This document shows, piece after piece, positions 1 through 12,392 of a stretch of DNA of 45,644 bases. Under the pieces are notes generated by a model, which was not told the DNA's origin, did not search any database, and worked only from the letters and a program-made list of their open reading frames with translations. Location: assembly GCF_028641065.1 (NCBI RefSeq), contig NC_073394.1:186001-231644 (forward strand), in the 5' to 3' direction. The stretch is from Leucoraja erinacea (Eukaryota). Position 1 is the stretch's first letter; each line of letters starts with the position of its first letter. The position numbers were made by a program, and so were the translations under genes.

Positions 1-166
1 ACTGGAATCTGCGCAAAGGATGGAGACCCAACAATTGTAAAGTGCACGGCAGCCACTGCACTGGTGAATGGCAATAACCTGATTGGACCCATTGTTGGGA
101 ACTTCTGCATGGAACTTGCCATCGCAAAGGCCAAGCAAGTGGGAATAGGCTGGGTGTCAGCTTACG
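1..166 (+). CDS. Ldh_2-like exon (partial) TGICAKDGDP...GIGWVSAY
   Basis: Frame 1 open; donor G|GTGAGT at 167. Confidence 0.9.
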
Positions 167-3100
167 GTGAGTGACTGAGTTACATGCAAAAAGAATTACA
201 GCGAGGGACAAAATCTGCCTCAACACCTCCTTTCAAGACTATTCCATTTTGTGATTTCCTGGTCCACTATTCCCCAACCATCCTCCTTTTTACTATAGTT
301 TCCCATCCAATCACAACCTTTGTCCTTTCACCTCTTCTCACCATCTATGAATAGATCCCAAAACCCTACACCTTGCACTTATCTGCATTAAACTCCACTA
401 ATTATTTCTCAGCTCGCCTATCCAACCGATCAAAATCCTGCTGCAATTTTTTATAATTATCTTTGTTATCTATGATGCCATGCATGATCCACCCTGCTGC
501 CATCAGCAATATATTTAATGGCCTCAGTTGTTCAATGTGTCTGAATCTCATTACAGGTTCTAACCACTTTGGCATTGCTGGATTTTATTCCATGCAAGCT
601 CTGAAATGTGGTCTCATTGTGAGTAACATTTGCATCAAAATTGATTTAGTACTTTAATCCGTTACACACACACACACACAGTTCATGATAGTATTTTGTA
701 TTTGTAACCAATAGGGGATGTCTTGTACCAACACCTCTCCACTGGTGGTGCCAACCCGAGGAAAGGAGGTAAAGTATTTGCAAACCAACATTCCTATGAC
801 GATGTTCATTATCCAGCATTTAGTGCACAGGGCATTCTGCTCACATGGTGTCACAAAGAATGCCTCGTGTTCAAGGGATTAATAGAATATGTAATAAATA
901 AGAGCGGGAGTTGATCTGCCATTCAGTAAGTTCATGGCTGACCTGAATCATGTAAGAATAGCACAGGATCAGGCCCTTCGACCAACCGAGCATTTGCCAA
1001 TCATCTATTGACATTAATCCAAACAATTTGATTTCCTTATTACCGACTTTCTGCCTGTTCCCCAGAAAACAGAACATCACAGGAACAGGCCCTTCAGAAC
1101 ACCATGTCTGAGATGACAAAGATGCCAAACTAATCTAATTCCATCTTCCTGAACTGACTGAGAATGCAACTCAAACACTATTATGCTATCTGCTTCCACA
1201 ACCTCCCCTGACAGTGCTTTCAATAGACAATAGGTGCAGGAGTAGGCCATTCAGCCCTTTGAGCCAGCACCGCCATTCAATGTGATCATGGCTGATCATC
1301 CCCAACCAGTACGCCGTTCCTGCCTTCTCCCCATATCCCCTGACTGCTATTTTAAGAGCCTATCTAGCTCTCTCTTGAAAGCATCCAGAGAACCTGCCTC
1401 CACTGCCCTCTGAGGCAGAGAATTCCACAGACTCGCCACTCTCTGTGAGAAAAAGTGTTTCCTCGTCTCCATTCTAAATGGCTTACTCCTTATTCTTAAA
1501 CTGTCGCCCCTGGTTCTTGACTCCCCCGACATCGGGAACATGTTTCCTGCCTCTTGCGTTTCCTGGCATCTTCCACTCTCTGTAAAACAAAACTTGCTTT
1601 GGACATCTCCCTCACACTTTAAACGTGCGTCATCTAGAATTTGACACTTCTATACTGGAAAAAAGACTGACCATCCTTGACTTTTGTGGTTTAAGTGCGT
1701 GCATCCTCACTGGTTGTATGGTTTATTTATTCTCACGTGTACCAAGTTACCGTGAAATACTTGGTTGTTCTGTTCGGCATACTTTAAGATAACCATTCAA
1801 CTACCTCTATCTATTTTCCAGTGTACTCTGGGAACCAATCCTATCAGTGTGGCAGCTCCAGCCCTGGATGGAGATAGCTTTGTGTTGGATATGGCCACAT
1901 CAGCAGTGGCTTTGGGAAAGGTAAGGCATACTTTCACCATGTTAATTTCGATGTAAGTAGTATAATTACATTTGGACAAGGTGTAATCACCAGATATATT
2001 TTACACTCCCTCCTTTTTCCCAATCCAAAGGAATAGATTATTTCACAACCCCCTGGTCAGCTCTTTCATCTGCACCAAACAGTCCCCTGTCTGCAGCAGC
2101 CCCCTCTGCAACTGCAGGAGATACAACATTTTGCTTTCACCTTTTCCCTTCCCACCTTTCCAGAACTCAGACAGTCTTTACAGATGTGTTGTGATTCACT
2201 TGCACCTCTTCGACTTTAGAATTCTGCATGCAGTGCTTGTGGTGTGATCTCTACATTGGAAAAGCAAGTGCTCATTGGATGCCCACTTTGCAGAGTCCTT
2301 GTTTTCAGACTTGGGTAGGAAGATCGATGAGATCCTGCAGAATTAATATGGGGATGCAAGCAGCAGGACCTCTAGGATTGTAACCTCTGTATTATTCCCT
2401 GTGTCATGTGTTAATGAGGGCAGAAATAGGAGAGATTAGTGGCTGAGAAACCGATGCAGGCTGAAGGGATTTAATTTCATAGTTACATCACGTGGAAACA
2501 GGTTCTTCGGCTCAACTCATCCAAGCTGCCTACCTGATCTTGTCTCATTTGCCTACACTTTACCCATATCCTTCTAAATGTTTCCTATTCATGTACTGTC
2601 CACATGTTTTTAAAATGTTGTAATTGTGCCATCCTCTACCACTTACTTGGTAGCTCATTCCATACATTCATTGTGTGAAAAACGTGCCCACCAGCACTTT
2701 GACACAATGATGATGCCACAGGGGAGGCACCGTGGCACAGCAGTAGAGTTGCTGTTTTACTTATGAACAGGGCTGGTGACCCGGGTTCAATATGGGTGCT
2801 GTCTGTACAGAGTTTGCACGTTCTCCCTGTGACCATGTAGGTTTTCTTTGGGTGCTCTGGTTTCCTTCCACACTCCAAACATGTACATGTTTGTATTTAA
2901 TTGGCTTCTGTAAATTACAAATTGTAAACATGTAAATTACATGTTAATTGGCTTCTGTAAATTGCAAATTGTTCCTAGTGTGTAGAATAGTACTAGTGTA
3001 CGTAGTGATCGCTGGTTGGCACAGATTTGTTCGGTCGAAGGGCCTGTTTCCATTCTGTATCTCTGACGTCTTTAAGTCCGACTTGGTTTTAGACAATAGA

Positions 3101-6100
3101 CAACAGGTGCAGGAGAATGCCATTCGGCCCTTCGAGCCAGCACTGCCATTCAATGTGATCACGGCTGATTACCCACAATCAGTACCCTGTTCCTGCCTTC
3201 TCCCCATATCCCCTGACTCCGCTATTTATGAGCCCTATCCAGCTCTCTTGAAAGCATCCAGAGAACCTGCCTCCACCGCCCTCTGAGGCAAAGAATTCCA
3301 CAGACTCAACACTCTCTGTGAGAGAAAGTGTTTCCTCGTCTCCATTTTAAATGGCTTACTCCTTATTCTTAAACTGGTGCCCCTGGTTCTGGAGTCCCCC
3401 AACATCGGGAACATGTTTCCTGCCTCTAGCATGTCCAAACCCTTAACAATCTTATATGTTTCAATGAGATTCCCTCTCAACCTTCTAAACTCCAGAGTGT
3501 ACAAGCCCAGCCGCTCCATTCTCTCAGCATATGACAGTCAATTTTTAACGATCAATTGTCAATAATGTAGGTGGTAGATTAGGTGGTAGATATAGTGAAT
3601 GAGTCGCCAGAGGAAGCAGCTACGGCTGATACAATTGCAACATTTAAATTATCATTTGGTACATGGATAGGAAAGGTTTAGAGGGATATGGGCTAAAAGT
3701 AGACAAATGGAACATGGCTAACGAGACATCTTCGTCAGGACAGAACGCCACAGGAGATCCTTATTCCCTGTGGCTATCAAACTTTACAACTCCTCCCCCT
3801 TCTGTTGTGGGGTAGACTGAGACTGACATCCCTCCCCCCCCCACCTCCTCAATCTTTGCACTTCCCCAAAACCTTACCACTCGTCACTTTATTTTTATGT
3901 TTCATGTATTTTGTGTTTTTTATGACTGTTGGCAAATTAATTTACCTCCTGGGATAAATATTCTATCATATCGTAATGATGAGCTTTCAAGATCTATAAC
4001 TCCAATGGTTTGTAAAACACTCAACCTTTCTTTCCTCCTGTTAAATCCTTCTTAAAACCTGTCCTTTTAGGCAAGAATTTAGTCACCCTTCATCTTCATA
4101 TGGTCTGATGTCAGTTTGGTTTTAATGAAGTTTCTGTGAGGTTTTACAGGGATAAAGGTACTTCTGAAATGCAAGGTGGGTGGAAGCCCCCTGCTACCAA
4201 GGCCTGCTTATCGATCTGTAACATCCTGTAACATGAACATGAGATGTTACTGATCAACAATCTATCTTTCCCTCTCAACCCCATTCTCCTGCCTCTCTTT
4301 AGATAGAATTTCAACACAGACGTGGAGAGGAGGTTCCGGTAGGATGGGGCTGTGATCCTGATGGCAAGGACACCACTGATCCAGCAAAAATTTTGAGTGG
4401 AGGGGGTCTGCTGCCTCTGGGAGGAAACGAGGCTACAAGTAAGAATTGTATTTACCTTTTGTAAGGGTGTTTATGAGGGAGATTCCAACCCTCATCTCCC
4501 TTTGTTGGATCACTTCTCACTTTAATGATTTAAGTTTGCTTTAAAGGATTAATATTCCTCACTATCCCTCAGCCACCGGGCTCCTCCACCTTTTTCCTTT
4601 CTTCTCCCCGCCCCCATCCTCCATCAGTCTGAAGAAGGGGTTCGGCCCAAAACATTGCCTATTTCCTTCGCTCCATAGATGCTTCTGCACCAGCTGAGTT
4701 TCTCCAGCATTTTTGTGTACCACCAATTTATATGTCATCCTTCCACATACAAGGCTGAATTATAGACAATAGGTGCAGGGGTAGGCCATTCGGCCCTTCG
4801 AGCCAGCACTGCCTTTCAATGTGATCACAGCTGATCATCCACAATCAGTACCCCGTTCCTGCCTTCTCCCCATATGCCCTGACTCCGCTATCTTTAAGAT
4901 AGCTATCTAGCTCTCTCTCGAAAGCATCCAGAGAACCGGCCTCCGCCGCCCTCTGAGGCGGAGAATTCCACAGACTCACAACTCACTGTGAGAAAAAGTG
5001 TTTCCTCGGCTCTAAACGTTCTAAATGGCTTATCCCTTATTCTTAAAATGTGGCCCCTGGTACTAGACTCCCCCAACATCGGGAACATGTTTCCTGCCTC
5101 TAGCGTGTCAAACCCTTAACAATCTTATATGTTTCAATAAGATCCCCTCTCATCTTTCTAAACTCCAGAGTGTAGAAGCCCAGCCGCTCCTTTCTCTCAG
5201 CATATGACAGTCCCGCCATCCCGGGAATTAACGTTGTAAACCTACGCTGTACTCTCTCAATAGCAAGAATGTCCTTCCTCAAATTAGGGGACCAAATCTG
5301 CACACTATACTCCAGGTATGGTCTCACTAGGGTTCTGTACAACTGCAGAAGGACCTCTTTGCTCCTATACTCAACTCCACTTGTTATAAAGTCCAACATG
5401 CCATTCGTTTTCTTAACTGCCTGCTGTACCTGCATGCTTACTTTCATAGACTGATGAACAAGGACCCCAGATCCCATTGTACTTCCCCTTTTCCCAAATT
5501 GACGCCATTTAGATAGTAATCTGCCTTCCTGTTTTTGATACCAAAGTGGATAACCTCACATTTATCCGCATTAAACTTCATCTGCCATGCATCTGCCCAC
5601 TCCCCCAACCTGTCCAAGTCACCCTGAAATCTCATAGCATACTCCTCTAGTTCACATTGCCACCCAGCTTTGTGTCATCTGCAAATTTGCTAATGTTGCT
5701 TTGAATCCCTTCATCCAAATCATTGATGTATATATTGTAAATAGCTGCGGTCCCAGCACCGAGCCTTGCGGTACCCCACTAGTCACTGCCTGCCATTCTG
5801 AAAGGGACCCGTTAATCCCAACTCTTTGTTTCCTGTCTGTCAACCAATTTTCTATCCATCTCAGCACTCAACCCCCAATACCATGTGCCCTAATTTTGCC
5901 CATTAATCTCCTAGGTGGGACCTAATCAAATGCTTTCTGAAAGTCCAGGTATACTACATCCACTGGCTCTCCCTTGTCCATTTTCCTAGTTACATCTTAA
6001 AAAAATTCCAGAAGATTAGTCTAGCATGATTTCCCCTTCGTAAATCCATGCTGACTCGGACCGACCCTGTTACTGCTATACAAATGTGCGGCTATTTCAT

Positions 6101-9100
6101 CTTTTATAATTGACTCCAGCATCTTCCCCACCACCGATGTCAGGCTAACTGGTCTGTAATTCCCTGTTTTCTCTCTCCCGCATTTCTTAAAAAGTGGGAT
6201 AACATTAGCTACCCTCCAGTCCACAGGAACTGATCCTGAGTCTATAGAACATTGGAAATTTATCACCAATGCATCCACGATTTCTAGAGCCACTTCCTTA
6301 GGTACCCTGGGATGTAGACCACCAGGCCCTGGGGATTTATCAGCCTTCAGTCCCATCAGTCTACCCAACACCATTTCCTGCCATGTAGATTTCCTTCAGT
6401 TCCTCCGTCGCCCCAGATCCCCTGGCCACTACTATATCAGGAAGATTGTTTGTGTCCGACTTAGTGAAGAAGGATCCAAACAACCTGTTCATCTCATCTG
6501 CCATTTCCTTGTTCCCCATAATAAATTCACATTTTTGGTCTTCAAGGGTCCAACTTTGGTCTTAACTAATTTTTTTCTCTTCACATACCTAAAGAAGCTT
6601 TTACTATCCTCCTTTATATTCTTGGCTAGCTTACCTTCGTACCTCATCTTTTCTCCCCGTATTGTCTTTTAGTTATCTTCTGCTGCTCTTTAAATATTAC
6701 CCAATCCTCTTGCATCCTGCTCATCTTTGCTACGTTATACTTCTTCTCTTTTATTTTTATACTGTCCCTGACGTCCCTTGTCAGCCACGGTCCCCTTGGA
6801 ATCTTTATTCCTCCTAGGAATGAACTGATCCTGCACCTTCTGTATTATTCCTAGAAATACCTTCCATTTTTGTTCCACTGTCATCCTTGCTAGTGTATCT
6901 TTCCAGTCATCTTTGGCCAACTCCTCCCTCATGGCCCCATAGTCCTCTTTATTCAACTGTATACTGACACCTCCGATCTACTCTTCTCCCTCTCCAATTG
7001 TAGATTAAACCTGACCATGTTATGGTCACTACCTCCTAATGGCTCATTAACCTCGAGGTCCTTTATCAAATCCAGCTCATTACATAACACTAAATCCAGA
7101 ATTACCTTCTCCCTGGTAGGCTCCAATACAAGCTGTTCTAAGAATCCATCACGAAGGCACTCTACAAAGTCCCTTTCTTGGGGTCCAGCACCAACCTGAT
7201 TTCCCCAGTCTACCTGCATGTTGAAATCTCCCACAACCACAGCATTACCTTTGCTACATGCCAATTTTAACTCCTGATTCAACTTGCACCCTGTGTCCAG
7301 GCTACTGTTTGGGGGCCTGTAGATGTCCCATTAGGGTATTTTTACCCTTACAATTCCTTAGTTCTATCCATACTGACTCCACATCTCCTGTTTCATTGTC
7401 ACCCCTTGCAAGGGACTGAATTTCATTCCTCACCAACAGAGCTATCCCACCCCCTCTGTCCACCTGTCTGTCTTTTCGAAAGGAGGAATACCCTTGGATA
7501 ATCAGTTCCCAGAATTGTTAAGACATTTCACGGATATCTGAGGGATAGGTTTTTCACAAATAGGGAAGGGAATATCTAGAACAAACTGACTGAGGAGGTA
7601 GTGAAGGCAGATACAGATACAAAGTTCAAAAGGTGTTTGGACGGGTACTTGTATAGGGAAAGCATAGGCCACTGACCTTCCTGCCTGAGTGTAGCTTTGT
7701 CCAGTTGATGTTATACACTGGCCTGAGTCCAGGTATTGCCCATGGAAGAGCAGTATATCTTTGCCCACTGTTGTCCATCTGACCAGCACATGGATGATCA
7801 GCCATGATCACAGTGAATGGCGGTGCTGACTCGAAGGGCCGAATGACTTACTCCTGCATCTATTGTCTATTGTCTATGCTGTGTTTCCCAGGTGGATACA
7901 AAGGCTATGGATTGAGTATGATGGTGGAGATATTTTGTGGAATTCTAGCGGGAGGTCATTACAGTAAAAACGTCCGCCGCTGGAAGGAGACAGACTCGGT
8001 GGCTGACTTGGTAAGCTCATGGCTCTCCCCCCATACCTACCCCTCACCTTGTGTACCCTCATCCTATGTAAACTCAGCTACTGTATCCTCTCCCTCTGCT
8101 TACCTACCCTGTGTCTTCACCTTCATCATGTGCATCTTTGCCAAGTACCCCCTCTCTGTAGTTACATGAAAGTGTGATCTGATCCCTCTCATTCACTACA
8201 TACACCCTTATCCCCAATACCATTCCTGTGTCACTGCCCTGCTATACTGCTCACTTGTCTCACACCCCCTCCAAAGTATCGTGGCCCCCTGGCTCCTGCC
8301 CTATGTGACACAGCATAGCTTCGAAGCAGGCGCTAAGGGAATGGGAAGGGTAGTTATAATGGCTAGCCACTGGGAGCAAGTCATTTTAACTTATTTTCCC
8401 ATTGCCATACATACCTTTCTCTCCTTAGCTTCCTCCACTGTCAGTATGAGGCCACGCGCAAACTGGAGGAACAGCACATAATGTTTTGCTTGGATAACTT
8501 TCAATGCAATGGCATGAACATTGAATTCTCTCATTTCAAAGAAAACCCTGACCTTCAGCCCAACCCCTGCATCGCTGCCAGTTGTTGCATTCTCCATGGA
8601 CTTGCCACTATATTCCTGCTCCCTGTATCCTCTGCCCTAGCTCCCTGCGTCCGTACCCATTTCCCTGCTCCCTGTATCCTCTCCCCTAGCTCCCTGCATC
8701 CGTACCCATCTCCTTGCTCCCTTTACCCCATCCCTTCTTGCTCACCCTCTCCTCTCTCTGCTTCCTCTCTCTGCTTCCTCTCCCTGCACCCCCACCCTGT
8801 ACCCCACACCCCCCCCCTGCCCCCTGCACCCCACACCCTCTCCCTGCACCCCACACCCTCTCCCTGCACCCCCACCCTGCACCCCTCACCCACACCCTGC
8901 ACCCCTCACCCCTATCCTCAACCACACCCTACACCCCTCACCCCCAACCTTACCCTACACCCACACCCTGCACCCCTCACCCCCAACCTTACCCTACACC
9001 CACACCCTGCACCCCTCACCCCCAACCTTACCCTACACCCACACCCTGCACCCCTCACCCCCAACCTTACCCTACACCCACACCCTGCACCCCTCACCCC

Positions 9101-12100
9101 ACCCTGCACCCCTCAGCCCCACCCTGCACCCCTCATCCCCAACCTTACCCTACACCCACACCCTGCACCCCTCACCCCCAACCTTACCCTACACCCCCAC
9201 ACCCTGCACCCCTCACCCACACCCTGCACCCCTCAGCCCCACCCTGCACCCCTCATCCCCAACCTTACCCTACACCCCTCACCCACACCCTGCGCCCCAC
9301 ACCCTGCACCCCTCATCCCCATCCTGCACCCCTCATCCCCACCCTGCACTCCTCACCCCTATCCTCAACCACACCCTACACCCCTCACCCCCACCCACAC
9401 CCTGCACCCCTCACCCTGCACCTCTCTCCCTGCCCCCTCTGCCTGCACCCCTCACCCTCTCCCTGCTTGCACCACATCCCCCTCCATCCTGTACTCTCGC
9501 TCCCTCTGGTGTTTAATTATAAGTAATGTTGTTGAATTTTTAATGAAATATCTTTAGGTTTATTTTTCATATCTCAATGACGTAGAAGGCTTGCCCCCTA
9601 TCTCCGCACTGCCACTTTCTGAACTTCCTGTACCCACTACTCCCTGCACCCGAACACCGTGTTCCCATGCCCCTTCCCCTAACTACACATAAGGTTCACT
9701 CCCTTATATCCTTGCCCTTGGATACCAGCACCCTGACACCTTTTACCCACCCTGTGTGCTGCTGTGTACCCCTGATCTCTAGATCCCCATTCCTTTGCTT
9801 CTCTATGTGGCCACTGGAGCTGGTCACAGGCTAGGGGTGGTACGGACGTAACTCTCCTAACACCCCTATACCCACCCACCAACTAAAGGTCTAGGTCAGG
9901 AATATGAAGGTACACAGGATGATTGCAGCGTCAACGACTTAAACAGCACAACCCCCTACAGGACATAACAGCTGGATACCATCACAACATTAACTCACTC
10001 CACAAGCAATGCACAGTAGCAGAAGTTCCCTTCCCTCTCGTACCACCCCCACCCCGGGCACTTTCCCTTGCAACCGCAAGAGATGCAACACTTGTCCCTT
10101 TACCGCCCCCCTCGACTCCGTTCAAGGACCCAAGCAATCGTTCCAGGTGCAACAGAGGTTTACCTGCATCTCTTCCAACCTCATCTATTGCGTCCGCTGC
10201 TCTAGATGTCAGCAGATCTATATCGGTGAGACCAAGCGGAGGTTGGGCGATCGTTTTGCCGAACACCTCCGCTCGGTCCGAAATAACCAAGCTGACCTCC
10301 CGGTGGCTCAGCACTTCAACTCCCCCTCCCACTCCGTCTCCGACCTCTCTGTCCTGGGTCTCCTCCATGGCCACAGCGAGCAGCACCGGAAATTGGAGGA
10401 ACAGCACCTCATATTCCGTTTGGGGAGTCTGCATCCTGGGGGCATGAACATCGAATTCTCCCAATTTTGTTAGTCCTTGCTGTCTCCTCCCCTTCCTCAG
10501 TCCCCCTGCTGTCTCCTCCCATCCCCCAGCCTTCAGGCTCCTCCTCCTTTTTCCTTTCTTGTCCCCGCCCACCCCCGCCCCCGATCAGTCTGAAGAAGGG
10601 TTTCGGCCCGAAACGTTGCCTATTTCCTTCGCTCCATAGATGCTGCTGCACCCGCTGAGTTTCTCCAGCTTTTTTGTCTACCTACTGAGATACCTGCCTG
10701 ACCCGCTGAGTTACTCCAGTGCTCTGTGTCCACCAGTGTCCAGAGGTAGCTGAAGATGTCAGGCACTATTCCCCAAAAGAGCAAACCCCTCATGTGGTCA
10801 TGTAGGCTTGGACTGCACCAGAAGCTAGCAGCACATACACATCATGAACGATCACAGCACAGCAAGATCCCACACGGCCACCCCTGGGAGATTTCTGGAA
10901 CTTTCCCTTTAGTGCCTGGTGGTGTTCCTGTGATCACTCGTCACTGCAGCTTAGCTGGGTAGTGCTGATGCACTCACTAATCCCACTACTGTGCTCACAT
11001 TCTCCAGGGACAGAGTTTCTTTGCCTTGGATCCAGAATGTTTCGCTCCAGGTTTCGAGTCGAGGATGTCAGATCTGCTCAAACTGCACAGAAACCTGGAA
11101 CCGGTCAGTTTTATCAGCAACTCTTACATATTGTATTATCCATGCAGACATACTGGTGGTGGCTAAAGTAAGATAACCATCATCAGATTTACCATTTTAA
11201 TACTAACAGATATCACTCTTTATCTGATCAATGGTTTTTGAGATCACCCAGAACAACCTGGTTGCAGATGTTTCTCACAACTCAGCAGCCCATGAGTTTA
11301 ATATTAATAGTGCTCAGAAACTGAGGGAGATCGCCAAGGCATAGCCAAGAACCAGATGACCTGGCATTGACCAGAAACAACATGGTCTCAACAAACAGTT
11401 CACCAGGAGGGCTGAGCTCAAGAACCTTTAGAACAGAGGGTTGTGAATCCACAAGATTCTCTTCCCCCAGGGAGTGGGAGTGATAATGGTAGAACATTTT
11501 ATTGTAAGAGGGGTGGGGACTGGGGTTTCTGTGCCCCCCCCCCCCCAGGCCTTGCACCATTCTGGAAGTAAATGACTGTTCCTCCATCGTTGGTGGATTG
11601 GGGACAGACGCTGAGCTAAGGCAGCCTGTGTTTTTCCTGCAGAGCGAGCCTGGGCTGGGTGTCCTCGTGCCCGGAGACCCGGAGCAGCAGCACATGGCCG
11701 AGTGTGATCGTCACGGCGCCATTCCATACCATGTCAACGTGGTGGACCACATGGTGAGAGCAGCTCTCCCCCAACATGGTGCCCCAGACTCGGCCCCTGG
11801 CCCCGACTCCCAGCCCCGGCCTAGACACGGCCCCTAACTCGGCTCCCAGCCCTCGACCCGGCCATAGGTTAGCTCACGGCTCCAGGGGGAGGTGGGCGGG
11901 AAGCGGGTGCAGAGCCTTGTGTGTCAGTATCGGAAACATGGGATCCGGCATTGAGACTCCAGGAAGAGGATTGGGAAAGGGGGAGATGTTGGGGAGAGGA
12001 GAGTAGAGGGTGGTGAGAGAAGGTATATCTGAGTACACAAGGGATGGGGAGAGTACACGGAGGGGACGAAGTGAGGGGAAGGGTGAGTGAGTGGGGGAGG

Positions 12101-12297
12101 GGAGAGTGGAAATAGAGGGAATGTGTAGAGGAGTGTGAGGGAGGGGAGAGGGGGAAATGGGGTAAAGGGGGAGGTGTGTAGGGCAGAGTATAGAGCCGCT
12201 ATAATCGGGACATTTCTGTCATGGTGTTTTGCAGAACTCGATGGCGAGGGAGCTGGGGGTTGAGCCGCTGCCGACAACCCGCACTATTGACCCCTAG
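1..12297 (+). CDS. Ldh_2-family oxidoreductase (YjmC/AllD/malate-L-lactate dehydrogenase type 2-like), 5'-truncated gene model: join(<1..166,557..618,715..768,1822..1920,4303..4438,7892..8010,11008..11103,11643..11753,12235..12297)
   Basis: Nine exons with GT-AG ends and compatible phases splice into one ORF carrying the family motifs SNHFGIAG, GTNPI, DMATS, LLPLGG..GYKGYGL and PGDPE; stop TAG at 12295-12297. The N-terminus lies upstream of the window. Confidence 0.92.
557..618 (+). CDS. Ldh_2-like exon (G)SNHFGIAGFYSMQALKCGLI
   Basis: ttacag| acceptor, |GTGAGT donor, SNHFG motif. Confidence 0.9.
715..768 (+). CDS. Ldh_2-like exon GMSCTNTSPLVVPTRGKE
   Basis: aatag| acceptor, |GTAAAG donor, phase 0-0. 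Confidence 0.9.
1222..1556 (-). mobile_element. CR1 LINE 3' fragment
   Basis: RT C-terminal ...FFSQRV..LWNSLPQ..VEA peptide and (CTATTGT) tail on the minus strand. Confidence 0.85.
1822..1920 (+). CDS. Ldh_2-like exon CTLGTNPISVAAP...DMATSAVALGK
   Basis: ttccag| acceptor, |GTAAGG donor, GTNP and DMATS motifs. Confidence 0.93.
2724..3075 (+). mobile_element. HE1-like V-SINE (tRNA-derived head plus V domain)
   Basis: gtggcacagcagtagag A-box-like head, gggttcaat B-box-like motif, V-domain gtttgcacgttctccctgtg...ggtgctctggtttccttccacactccaaa, LINE-like tail. Confidence 0.7.
3089..3539 (-). mobile_element. CR1 LINE 3' fragment
   Basis: [23 protein letters not shown] peptide plus the same 3' tail. 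Confidence 0.88.
3725..3975 (+). mobile_element. Rex1/Babar-type LINE 3' end
   Basis: RTERHRRSLFPVAIKLYNS resembles the C-terminus at 30010-30125. Confidence 0.5.
4303..4438 (+). CDS. Ldh_2-like exon IEFQHRRGEEVPVGWG...LLPLGGNEAT
   Basis: ctttag| acceptor, A|GTAAGA donor, LLPLGG motif. Confidence 0.92.
4762..7503 (-). mobile_element. CR1 LINE ORF2 (APE endonuclease to RT to 3' tail), degenerate with internal deletions
   Basis: VVGDFN, LDLVL, GSDHN (endonuclease); [23 protein letters not shown] (RT); multiple frameshifts. Confidence 0.92.
7790..7877 (+). mobile_element. CR1 3' tail abutting an exon acceptor
   Basis: ggatgatcagccatgatcac...ctattgtctattgtctatg. Confidence 0.8.
7892..8010 (+). 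CDS. Ldh_2-like exon (S)GYKGYGLSMMVEIFCGILAG...SVADL
   Basis: ttcccag| acceptor, |GTAAGC donor, GYKGYGL motif. Confidence 0.93.
8620..9480. repeat. C-rich minisatellite (accctgcacccctcacccc.../aaccttaccctacacccac...)
   Basis: Tandem units of about 39 nt with shorter sub-units; source of the Pro/His/Thr pseudo-ORFs. Confidence 0.9.
10030..10683 (+). mobile_element. Penelope-like element 3' part with a GIY-YIG endonuclease domain
   Basis: PCNRKRCNTCP, NLIYCVRC..C...YIGETKRRLGDRFAEH, VAQHFN, LHPGGMN; the family tail tctgaagaagggtttcggcccgaaacgttgcc recurs across the window. Older copies lie near 2080-2300, 8375-8540 and 29590-29860. Confidence 0.88.
11008..11103 (+). CDS. Ldh_2-like exon GQSFFALDPECFAPGF...RNLEP
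   Basis: ctccag| acceptor, |GTCAGT donor, 96 nt phase 0-0. Confidence 0.9.
11643..11753 (+). CDS. Ldh_2-like exon SEPGLGVLVPGDPEQQHM...VVDHM
   Basis: tttttcctgcag| acceptor, |GTGAGA donor, PGDPE motif. Confidence 0.9.
12235..12297 (+). CDS. Ldh_2-like terminal coding exon NSMARELGVEPLPTTRTIDP*
   Basis: ttttgcag| acceptor; LGV.P C-terminal pattern typical of the family; in-frame TAG. Confidence 0.82.
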   Translation, partial: NSMARELGVEPLPTTRTIDP

Positions 12298-12392
12298 TCT
12301 GCAGCCGCTGGCACGACCACCTCGCTCTCCCAGAGAGTGGCGGTGGGGCAGGACCAGGTCCACATCCTCGCGTGTTCCTGCCGGTGCCTCGG

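Noticed and set aside
2724-2800. tRNA gene
   Set aside because: The A/B-box-like head runs directly into a V-SINE body and no full cloverleaf is evident.
8481-9557. 358-aa and 270-aa extensin-like ORFs
   Set aside because: Intronic minisatellite preceded by a decayed Penelope fragment.
1-12297. Bacterial contamination or recent horizontal transfer of the Ldh_2 gene
   Set aside because: The gene has at least eight spliceosomal introns filled with host repeats and is contiguous with vertebrate syntenic genes.
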